From Geosiphon pyriformis uo1 (taxonomy: Eukaryota; Fungi; Glomeromycota): 63,803 nucleotides of DNA. The notes beneath the pieces were generated by a model that did not search any database, had not been told where the DNA came from, and saw nothing but the letters and a program-made list of their open reading frames with translations. The stretch covers positions 434,001 through 497,803 of the forward strand of contig JAAOMT010000480.1 in the NCBI GenBank assembly GCA_016748015.1, in the 5' to 3' direction. Positions 1-11,255 of the stretch are shown here, piece by piece. Every line of letters begins with the position of its first letter. Within the stretch, counting starts at the first letter, position 1. Made by a program: the position numbers and the translations under genes.

Positions 1-2
1 GT

Positions 3-2410
3 GTGGATTACAAAAAACTCAACAGTGTAACTCATGGAGACAGCTACTTGACTCCACGAATCCAGGAATTATTTAACGCTTTTGATGGAAACAAATGGTT
101 CTTAATATTAGACTTGGATAGTAGTTACTGGCAAGTAGCCATGGATCCAGCTGACAAGGAAAAGACAGCATTCACTACTAGAGAAGGGAATTTCAAATTT
201 GAAGTAATGCTCTTCGGCTTAACCAATGTCTCAGCCATTTTCCAATGGCTAATAGAAATCATTTATACTGGCTTATTATGGAAATCAGTAATTGTATACT
301 TGGATGACACCAATGTATTCTCAAAAACATTTGATGATTATCTTCATCATTTTCAATAAGTGTTCGAAAAGTTAAGAAGAGCAGAACTAAAGTTAAATGC
401 AACAAAGTGCTTTTTCGGCAAGACAGAACTAAAATTCTTGGGACACATAATCAGTAAAGATGGCATTAAAATGAATCCAGAGAAAAAAGAGATAGTAAAA
501 AACTTTCCAGTACCAACCAATGTAACTGAATTGAAATCATTCTTGGGATTCGCAAGCTATTATCAATGCTTTATAAAGAACTTTTCAAAGATAGCTCAAC
601 TGCTCAATAATCTGTAAACCAAGAATACAAAATATGAATGGATAGAAAGTCAACAAAAAGCTTTTGATATTCTGAAAAGAAAGCTTATTCAAGCTCCAGT
701 ACTGATCTACTCAAATTACCATTCATCATTATTACTGATGCATTAGGCCAAGCATTGGGAGCAGTACTATCTCAGAAGGGACCAGACAGCAGAAAACATC
801 CAGTAGCATATGTCAACTGAGGTCTAACACCAGCTGAAAAGAATTATAAAACACCAGAACTAGAACATTTAGCAATCTATTGGGCAGTCATGAAGTGGAA
901 TGAATACTTGAGCCAAAAGTTTGATATATACATAGATCATAAAGGGTTAATATCACTTCAAAAGCAAGAATTTGATGACGGCCGCCAATCCAGATAGAAA
1001 ATGGCACTATCACAATATACTTATACTATACACTATAAGAAAGGAAAAGACAATGGAAATGCTGACAGTTTGTCGTGAATAAAACAAATCTAAAAACATT
1101 TCAACCCAAAAATATAACAAAACCAGAACAATACCAATAAAAAATAACAAAAGATGAACATACAAAAATATCAACAACTCCAACATTATATAAACACTTA
1201 AAAGTTCAAGGAGAATTTATCTCAAATAGAACAAAAGAGGATTAAACAACAATCAAAATATTTTATTACTCACCAAAATATACTTTATCAGAAAAATAGA
1301 AGAGATCTAGATCAACCAACCAGAGTAATTACAGAGCCAGAAAAAGAGACAATATTATTTAACATGCACTCAAATCCAACAGCCGGACATTTTCACAAAG
1401 AAGCAACCATAAAAAGAACCAGAAAAAGATACTATTGGCCATCAATGTATCCAGACATCATCCAATATGTTCAAAATTGTGACACTTGTCAGCAAAGAGG
1501 AGGAACAAGACCCAGTGAACTATTAAGACCAATCAAAGTGGGACAACCATTTGATTGGATTGGAATTGATTTAGTCGGACCATTAACAATTACCAGCAGA
1601 GGAAACAAATATATAGCAGTAGTCATAGACTATCTTACTAAATGGCCAGAGGCAAAAGCAATTCAAAGAGCAAATGCAGAATCCATTGCCAAATTTGTTT
1701 ATCAAGATTTGATTTGTCGACATGGATGTCCAAAAGAACTATTATCAGACCAAGGAACCCACTTTGTGAATAAAACATTAGCAGAATTAAGCCAGAGATT
1801 CGGAATTAAGAGACTATTATCATCACCATATCATCCATAAACAAATGGTCTAGTTGAAAGATTTAATAGAACATTGTGTGAAGCAATTGCCAAACTCAGC
1901 CAAGAAAACCAGGACGAATGAGATTTGTTCATATCATCAGTATTATTTGCTTATTGGATAATGAAACAAGATACTACACAAGCAACACCATTTAAATTAG
2001 TATATAGTAGAACAGCAACATTATTAGTAGAGAGAGAAATTAATACATATCCAGCTGAACCAATAACAGAAGAGAATTTTCAAGAAACATTGCTGAAAAG
2101 AACATATGACTTAATAGAAACATTGGAAAACAAACAAAGAAAAGCAGCTAATAATATTCAAAAGTCACAAAAAAAACAGAAAGAAAGACACAATAGTTAA
2201 CTACTAGACAAACCAGTTGAATTCAAAATTGGAGACAAAGTACTCTTATATTGTACCAAAGTGGAAAAACAATGGAGTGGAAAATTCGACCCCAAATGGA
2301 ATAGACCATTTCACATAGAAGAAATTTTAGGAAATGAAGCTTACAAATTAAGACTGAATAACAAAATTTTAACCAAAACAGCACATGGAGATTGACTGAA
2401 ACCATATCAC
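3..2410 (+). pseudogene. pol: pol remnant of A: RT (~3-620), RNase H (~715-1080), integrase with SH3-like tail (~1154-2410)
   Basis: ORFs 3..359, 360..617, 1364..1840 and 1925..2200. Stops are TAA/TAG/TGA at expected CAA/CAG/CGA/TGG codons. Confidence 0.93.
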
Positions 2411-3220
2411 AACATCATACTATCATTTACCAGTAATATTTCACAATTAGGAGTACAGAGAATACTAGTCCAACTAGATAAGATTCCACGAGATCTGAAA
2501 CCAATCGTTATTATCGACAACAACATGTTAAATTGATCCATCAAAAGAATATATAAAAACACAGTAGATGTGACAGGAAATATCAAAAAAAGGAAGATTA
2601 CAGACAACATTCACTCACTAGCACAACAACTTTTTCAATTGATCCAACACCAAGAAATGGAGATTACAATCAATCAATAAACCATTCAATATCAAGATAC
2701 AAAAAAGACATTACAACACAGAAAACAGAAGAAACCAGAAAATACTATTGACAAAATCATAGCAAAAGTAAAATTAGCAATAAAAAAATTAACAAAAGAG
2801 TCAATATATCAAGAGTTGACTAAGGAAACTTGGAATTGGTGAACACAACAATTTCCAAGAAACTATTGTTATTTTTACTTGGGACAACACGTAAATATCC
2901 AGAATTTATATATAGATAAAACAAAGCAGTTATTTGACACAACAATACTACAACAACTAGAACATTTTGTGGGGAAAAATAACTTATCCACACAAGCTTG
3001 AGCTATATACCTAATACATACAGCATTTCAAGATTGACCAGAAATCTTATTCAACAAAGCAATAGATATGGTTACCAGTAATCAATTGGGAAAGATCACC
3101 AATGCTCAATTTGAAGAATTACAAACTCAAATAACACAAGTAATTATCGAAAACAAAATCCAGGAGATACTTCAGAAAGGAGAATTAACAGAGTTGGATT
3201 TTGATGGAGCTCAATATTAA
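2411..3220 (+). pseudogene. ~270-codon unknown C-terminal extension in frame with integrase (env-position ORF3) of A
   Basis: Hand translation continues without frameshift from HGD(R)LKPY through ...NYCYFYLGQH...QLGKITNAQFEEL...ELDFDGAQY* (TAA 3218-3220). Only transition-type stops interrupt it. Confidence 0.8.
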
Positions 3221-3233
3221 AAAGAGGGAATAA

Positions 3234-4100
3234 TGTTACTCATAGAAATACAGGAAATATAGTAGTATGATTATTAGCCAATCAGAAGTAGACATAGTAA
3301 ATGTGGAATTCCAGAATTCCTCTCAAGAATTGCAGGATTCCAAGAATTACAGGATTCTTACACAAGGAATTGCAGGATTCCAGAATTCCAGGATTCTTCT
3401 TAAAGGAATTGCAAGATTCCAAGAATTCCAGGATTCCTGTCATGAAGAATCGAGGAATTGAAGAATCTCAATTATGTATATATAGTAGTAGCATTAGAAA
3501 CTGAAAAGAGAGATCCAGTTTAGATTTAATCTAAACAATCTTCCAGTTCCCAATTATCAAATAAATAATTATTTTATATCTCAATCCACTCTCCACTATT
3601 AACACTTCATGTTAATAGTAATTGATACTTAACCACGCTGGAACAATAGCTCTTGATCATGGCTATTGATGAAATACTAACTTACCAAATTGCCTTGGCT
3701 TATTTTCATTATTGTTATTTTCTTTATTTTATTTTTTTCTTTCTTTGATTTTGTTGTGCATACTAATTGATTGAGAATTAAAAACACTGAGTTATTAATG
3801 TTACAGATAGCCTGGTAAAAGACCCAGAAATAAGGATAGATTTATATATATTATCAATTAGCTTACCAGGAGAGCATGACTGCCAGAATAAATCTGGCCA
3901 CCAAGCTGAGAAAAAAATTGGGAAACAACTGACAACAAACAACAAATTGCCACACTATTGAATCTCTATCCATTATATAAAAGACTCCATCAAAACCTTC
4001 AGATACAACACTTTCAGAATATCATCGATAGAAATAGCTTTTGAACACCAAGTTATGGGTTTGTTATTTGACTTGAGACCCCAAATATTCAATCATAACA
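3234..4100 (+). repeat. 3' LTR of A (U3 type I, GGAATTCC array)
   Basis: TGTTACTCAT...CATAACA, TATA at 3477-3484, homologous to 8461-9307, 15457-16397 and 49936-50746. Confidence 0.95.
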
Positions 4101-6689
4101 CCATTAAGCAAAGGAAAACTAAAACAATCACTATTTACTTAAAATGCTTCCATAGAAACTTATGCTAAATACAAGCAATTGACATAAATTACTTTATAGT
4201 ATCACAAATTCTAAACCAGTTCATCCATGAGCTATGCAATAGCATCCTCCAATACATATGCCTAATGCACCCACAAACTCTCTAAGATGCAGTTATCAAT
4301 GCATAGGATTTTAAATTCGCAAAACTCAAAGCTAACCACACTTAAGCCATTAATTTAGTAATGAACAGATTATCTAAACTGGATTTCAAATTGAAACAAC
4401 TCAGTGATTCAATTAATTAGAAATTAGAAAGATATTTAGCTAACAATTGTGCAATTTATTAACCACCCCAATGATGCAATAATTCTGGAAATGTGAATTG
4501 CTCTCAAAATCAGTTATGTCTTTTATTATTATCCAATCAGCCATGGCAGCAAGAGATGTGTATTTACCACAATTGTAATAAACAAAGCCATTTGAGAATT
4601 AACTGCTGTTTTTATAATAATAACTTACAATCAGGAAATCAATATTGAAACCCCAATTGCAGGTTTTAAACTCTGAATTAATACCCAAATCAGGATCAAT
4701 ACTTACCTCATTACACCCAAATGACACAACAGCCAATTTATCAACCATTTATTTATTAGACTCTAGCACCAGTTATTTATCAACTACAGCTGCAAATAAT
4801 ATATCAACCCCAATAAATTCTCACACCACCACCAAATTCAGCTTAAATGACATCAGGGAATTCCAGATCAAGAGTTACTTAAAACTGGAGATCAGCAATA
4901 GTTGTCCACCAACTGATTCCCAGTTTTTCCAATTAATCATTGGGATTATGACAGTAGAGTTTGGGAACTAGGTACACACAAAACCCAAATTCTCAACACT
5001 ATTTAAGTCTCCTAGTAACTCCAGAAGACACCTCATCTAACAACACAGAACCCAATCAAACACAACCACTTATCAGCAATATATCTCTAGTTACTATTAC
5101 CAACAACAAATTACTAGCAGCAATTTTTCTGTTTGAACTCAAGGAACTATTATCTATGCCCTTGTTTAGTGGAGCCACTCTTGAAAAAAAACCAATCACT
5201 GCCATGTACATGGATGCTAAAGTTGATAGCCAATTCATCAAACTCATATTAAATAGCAGAACAGCAGATAATATCATTACATAACAATTCATAAACCAAT
5301 TAAGTCACTAAGTTGATCATACTGCCAGCACCAGAATCATAACAGCCAATGGAGCAACCAAAACTCCAATTGGTGAAATAAACGAATTACTTATTGAAAT
5401 CAATGGCATCATTATACCCATCAAAGTTCTTGTGATGGAAGCAACTTAGTACCAAGCTCTTATTGGAAACAACTGGCTGTTCAAAACTAATGCCATGCTC
5501 AACTGGAACACTCAAGAATTGCAGCTCACCCAAAACGGCCACTACACACATGTGCCAGCCACTTGTGGTCATTTTAAGACCACTGCCAAAGACAAGTCAC
5601 TTATTGAATTAAAAGAAAAAAAAAAAACCTAACTGAGAAGCTTACTAAGTTTCCTGGGCTAACAATGAACACAATGAGCTACCACCAGTACTTTTCTGGG
5701 ACAACAAAGAGAAAGGAAAAGAAAAAGACGTACTAGAAAAAGACATTACCACAGAAGAAATAATGAGTGGCTGGGAAAAATTCTACTCACATAAACCACT
5801 AAAGCAACTGTTATATATCCCACTCAAATGTCAAGATTGTGACAAGAAACTTTCTTCTATAAGAGCTTTGATTGTACCCAATGAAGATTACTGAATGCAA
5901 ACCCACTATTACTGCAAACCATGCCACAGAAAATAGTACAGCTATCTAAAATAACAAGACAAGTGAGACAACAAACCATGTTTTGTTTGTGAAGAACAGT
6001 TGCTTGACAAAGGAATATGGAACAACATTTCTGGTCAAGAAAGAACATGCGATATTTCATGCTAATACACAATCCTCATAAGTAACTGGATCAGTCATGG
6101 CACTCCTATTACTGCAGCCTGGCACTGAGCAATAACTCGCTTGGATGGTTACCCATATGACAAAGACAAAATTTGGAGAATGGTGAACACCAAAGTCAAA
6201 GAAGCCATGCCCAGCAAAATCTTGAAAATAAAAAATAATCCTCCAAAACCAGTTGACATTGTTTTCATCCCAAATCCAGATGTTTTTCTCAACATAGAGA
6301 CAGGCCCAGAGAAGTTTCATGAGCACTATCAAAATTTGGCACCAACAAAAAAAGAGCAGAAACAATATTTAGAAGAAATAAACACATGACTATGTGACCA
6401 TTGTTTAATTCTCTATGACTTTCAATATTGTAATAAGTGTAATCTCATTTACAATCCACCACTGCATATGATTTACACAATTCCAGAAGAAAAAGAACCA
6501 ATTAACAGCTGTACATCAGAATTGAAATCAACTTTCAATTCTGATTCAAACTCTAACAATGACAATAACAAAAACAATGGTTCTAGCTCTATGCAAATTG
6601 GCAACAATAACAATAACAATTCAAACTTAAATTCAAACTCCAAACAATATATCACATTTCTTGATTTCTTCAAGAAGCAGGAACTCAGA

Positions 6690-7115
6690 TGGTTCAGTGA
6701 CAACAATGAAGGTATTATGCCAGAATGTGCACATGATACCAATATTGGGTTTGATCTAAGATATCCAGGAAAAGATGCCATTAAATTGGAACCATATTTG
6801 CACACCTGCATTGATCTCAAAATAGCACTAGAAATCCTAGCAACAACAATAGTTCAACTAGCTCTAGGAGTAGTTTAATAAGAAAAGGAATCAACATCAG
6901 AGGAAAAATAATTGATACAGGATATATGAGAAATATCATTGTAATACTACAAAATGATTCAGAAAAGACCTATGTTATAGAGCCAAATAAAAAGATAGCA
7001 CAGGCAATATTTCTGTCTCTGATTAAAATAGCTCAATTAGTATCAGTGAGAAACAAGAAAGAACTAGGGATTATAGCTAGAAGAATACAAAGTTTCAGAT
7101 TCATAGGTAGAATAA
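6690..7115 (+). pseudogene. dut: dUTPase domain of B
   Basis: AHDTNIGFDL, IIDTGY, KIAQAIF and a degenerate RGxxGFGS motif. Confidence 0.88.
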
Positions 7116-7639
7116 ATATACCAGTTAATATGGCAGAGAAAGAAATTGTTAACAAGAGAAAAATTATCTCCACTTATCAATCAATTTTCATTTTACCATA
7201 TGACCAGTACATGTTAGCTATAGAAAGGAAAATAAATAATCAGGTTCAGATATTTGAAATAGAAGTCAAAACATATTCAACAAAACCAATAACAAAAAAA
7301 AATTTCCAAAGAACATTGTTGAAAAGAACATATAATTTAATAGAGACACTAGAAAACAAAAGATGAAAAGCAGCTGATAACATCCAAAAGTCACAAAAAA
7401 AACAAAAAAAAAAACATAATAACCAACTATTAGATAAACCAGTTGAATTTAAAATTAAAAACAAAGTACTTTTATATCATATCAAAGTAGAAAAACAATA
7501 GAGTAAAAAATTCAACCCCAAATGAGACAAACTATTTTACATAGAAAAAATTCTTGGAAATAGAGCTTATAAATTAAGGTTGAACAACAAAATCTTAACC
7601 AAAGCAGCATATAGTGATTGACTGAAATCATATTACTAT

Positions 7640-8448
7640 ATAGTATCATTATCTACCAATAACATTTTACAATTAGGAGTACAGAGAATACTAATACAAC
7701 CAGATAAGATTCCACAAGATCTAGAACCAATCATAATCATTGAACCAAACACATCAAATTAAACAACCAAAGGAGTATAAAAAGACATGGTATATGTAAC
7801 AAAAACAATATTAGAAAAATAGAAATTACTGACAGCATTCACTTACTAGCACAACAACTATTTCAATTAATCCAACAACAAAAAATAGAAATTACAATTA
7901 ATCAACAGACCATTAGATACAAAAACACCAAAAAGAACTCACAAAATAAAATACAGAAAAAAACAGAAAACACTATTGGAAAAATAATTACCAAGGTGAA
8001 ATTAGCAATAGAAACACAATCAAAAGTCATCTAATATCCAAAGTTGACAATAGGAACATGAAATTAGTGGATACAACAATTTCTAAGAAACTTTTGTTAC
8101 TTTTACTTGAGACAATACTTGAATATTCAGAACTTATATACAGATAAGACAAAGTAATTATTTGACACAGAAATATTACAACAACTGAAACAATTTGTGG
8201 GAAAAAACAATATAACCATACAAACATAAGTTATTTATTGACTACAAGTTGGATTTCAAGACAGGCCAGAAATTTTACTTAATCCAGCAATAGACATTAT
8301 TATTGTTAACCAAATGGGAAAAATAACCAATGCTCAATTTAAAGAATTACAAAACAAGATAACTCAAGTAATTCTCGAAAAAAAAGTTCAAAAAATATTC
8401 AAAAATAGAGAATTAGAATTAGGAAATCTTAATAGAGCTTAATATTAA
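7640..8448 (+). pseudogene. integrase-fused extension (ORF3) of B
   Basis: Colinear with 2411-3220 (NFCYFYL, MGKITNAQFKEL), in the integrase frame. Confidence 0.78.
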
Positions 8449-8460
8449 AGAAGGGAATAA

Positions 8461-9307
8461 TATTACTCATAGAATATAAGAAGTATATTAGCATATAAAT
8501 TAGCCAATCAGAAGTAAACATAGTAAATATAGAATTCCAGGATTCCTCTCAAGAAGAATTGTAGGATTCCAAGAATTTCAAAATTCTCATATGAGGAATT
8601 ACAGGATTCCAGAATTCCAGAATTCTTCTTAAAAAAAATTGCAGGATTCCAGAAATTCCAAGATTTCTGATGTGAAAAATCAAGAAATTAAGGAATTTCA
8701 ATTATGTATATATAGTAGTAGTGTTAGAAGTAGAAAAAACAGACCTCCCAGTTTAGATTTCATCTAAACAATCTTCCATAAACACAAATATCAATAAAAT
8801 AATTATTTACTATCTCAATCCATTCTCATTAAATCAACACTTGATGTTAATAGTAATCTGTACTTAATTACACTAGAACAATAGCTTTTGATCATTGCTA
8901 TTGACAGAATACTAATATGCAAATTGCCTTGGCTTACATTTTTATTTCTTGTATTTTTTCTTGTTTTATTTTCTTGTTTTGCTAACTTGATTAAAAGGAT
9001 TCACATGTGGAGATACTGACATCAAAATATAGCATTAGTAAAAAACCCAGGAATAAGAGTAGACACTCAGAATTAAGAATATCTTACCAGGAAGATTACT
9101 GGCTATTATGCTAAAAAAGAAATTGACGAAACTGTGGTTTTAAGAAGCTATGGATAAACAATTAATTGAATATTTGTCTATTGTACAAAAAACTTAAACA
9201 AAACCTTCAGATATAACAACCTTCAGAAACCAACATCTTTATACCAATTGAGTACCAAGTTACAAGTTTGTTATTTGCTTTAAGACCCCAAATAATTATC
9301 TGTAACA
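8461..9307 (+). repeat. 3' LTR of B (U3 type I)
   Basis: Preceded by PPT AAAGAAGGGAATAA; TATTACTCAT (G>A of TGTTA)...TGTAACA. Confidence 0.94.
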
Positions 9308-11255
9308 ATACATTAAAGTTTTGTGGTTTGTTAATAAGATTTTAATACTATAAATTGGCAGTATCCTGAAGAAAATATGGAATTGCTTGAAGTGCTCTGG
9401 TGTCATCTCAGTTATTTGCTGTGATTGCTTTAGTGACATTTTTTAACTAGACTTAAGTATTATTCTCTTTACCAGTGAATTTTTCAAGTTTTGTAATTAG
9501 AGTATAGACTATTGGTTATTGTAGCTGTTGTTGAAGTTGTAGTTGTGGTAATTGTTGCTAAGGTTGTGGCTGTGGCTGTTGTGGTGATGTAACAATAAGT
9601 GGTGAATTGATTACAATTACTGGAGGTAAGTTTTGCTAATTAGTGATATTGGGATTTGGATTGTTTTGATTTTGCTGAGTTGTAATAATCAAAGTTTAAA
9701 TTTCCAGGTTTTCTGGAATTGGGTTTTAATAAATGAATTCCTGATCTTCATTTTCTTTATTTTCTGACTCTGTTATTTTCCAAGAACTCACAGTTCCAAA
9801 ATCTGGCTAAGACAGTAGTGATCAAAATCCTAATAATGCTAGTAATTGTGAATTAAATCCTTTGAAATAATTACCATAGATTTCTAATAACTTTGCTTTT
9901 TTTTGTTTACTTTGAAACAGAAATTGAACTAATGCTGTTTTTACATTTGATGTAAATACACCTGTTGCTAAGATGTTAATGGCATTTTTGAGTATATAGT
10001 AATATGATAGATTGGTTAGTAATTCAACTCTTGTTTTCTTCTAAGTAAGTGGTTGTATTCTCTGAGGTGTTACTGTTGGTGTTTGTAGTTTTCCTTTGTT
10101 TTTGCTTGCATATGTAATTAGATATTTTTGTTGAGTGTGATTTTCAATTTTTCGATTGATTTCAGTAATAATGGATGTAAAATTATAATTTACTGATAAG
10201 CTGGTGTTTTGAATTAATTTGTTGTAAAAAATTTTTCTTACTAATTTGATATCTACTAATGTCTCTAAAAAATAAGAAATTCTCTCATTAATGTAAAAAT
10301 TAAAGGCTAATTCTGCTAATAGGTAATTGCTGGTTAATCTCAAGTGTTGACAGTAATGTTGAAATAAGGATTTGGTAAATTCTAAATGGTTTGTCCCTAT
10401 TTTTTTTGATTTTGCCACTTTTGAATAATTGTTGTTGGTGCTGGTTTTCTGTAAGATTATACTTTACAGAAAGCACCAAATGTTATAGGTAATTATTTGG
10501 AATCTTTAATCAAATAACAAATCTATAACTTGATGCTTAATAGCTAATATAATTGGTATTATCTAAAAGTTTTGTGATCTGAAGATTTTGGTTGAGTTTT
10601 TTGTATAATAAACAGAGATTTACATATTGTTTTATCTATCACTTCCCAGAATTACAATTCCATCAAATTTTTTTCTTAGTATAATAGCCAGTAATCTTCC
10701 TAGTAAGCTATCCTCAATTCTTGAATGTTCTATCCTTATTTCTGGGTCTTTTACCAGTCACTTTGACATCAATAACTTTGTGCATTTAATCTTTTAATTA
10801 ATTAGTAAATAAAACAAAACAAAAGAAAAAAAAAAAGAAATAAAGAAATAAAGAAATAAGCCAAGACAAAAAAGAGTTAATATCTTATTAATAGTCATAA
10901 TCAAGAGCTATTGTTCTAGTGTGATTAAGTATCAAATACTATTAATATTTCATGTTAATAATAAGAAAAGTAATTTAGATAGTGAATAATTATTTATTAA
11001 TATTGATGATTCTAATTAAGATGTTTTTCAATTGGAAAATTTTGGTATTGATTCAGTTCTTTCTGTTTCTAATGCTCTTATTATATATATATAATTTGAA
11101 TTTTATGAAATTGCTCACATTCCCAAGTAATGTGCTATAATTTTTCAAGTAATGCTTATATTGCTAAGCAATATGCTTATGTGTTAACTACTATTTTCCT
11201 ATTGGTTTATTTGTTTTTTCTACTTATTTTTTTGTATGTTTTTTTATGAGTAACA
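9308..11255 (-). mobile_element. Ty3/Gypsy element C (family 1), 5' part: 5'LTR, PBS, gag N-half; interrupted by B
   Basis: LTR 10481-11255, PBS 10462-10478, ORF 10041..10418 and capsid start (DDTRALQAIPYFLQDTA). Confidence 0.9.
10481..11255 (-). repeat. 5' LTR of C (U3 type II, TGCTGAGCA array)
   Basis: TGTTACTCAT start at 11255 and TAACA end at 10481, followed by TT and the PBS. Confidence 0.92.

Larger units (their letters stand above)
1..4100 (+). mobile_element. Ty3/Gypsy element A (family 1), 3' half: RT-RNaseH-integrase-extension-PPT-3'LTR; inserted in gag of element B
   Basis: RT YLDD (VYLDDTNVFS), RNase H, and integrase HHCC (MHSNPTAGH...CDTCQ) plus DDE core. PPT AAAAGAGGGAATAA lies before the LTR, and gag sequence of B resumes directly at 4101. 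Confidence 0.95.
4101..9307 (+). mobile_element. Ty3/Gypsy element B (family 1), internally deleted: gag C-half, protease, CxxC module, dUTPase, integrase tail, extension, 3' LTR
   Basis: Gag zinc-knuckle remnant ~4565-4606, protease ~5190-5575, dUTPase ~6690-7115. In-frame jump to the integrase tail at ~7258. Confidence 0.92.

Noticed and set aside
3267-3504. ORFs 3267..3461 and 3301..3504 with repeated QDSR/RIPG peptides
   Set aside because: Translations of the U3 GGAATTCC array, which has few stop codons; they lie inside the LTR.
4645-4971. Ser/Thr-rich ORF suggesting a gag/pol frameshift in family 1 (also 26256..26504 and 26034..26225)
   Set aside because: Shadow frame. The zinc-knuckle frame continues as QQPIYQP into the protease with only C>T stops.
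6473-6820. Recurrent antisense ORFs over dUTPase and protease (6473..6820, 19345..19752, 24204..24413, 30728..31096 etc.)
   Set aside because: Expected antisense shadows of coding frames; starts and ends are inconsistent.
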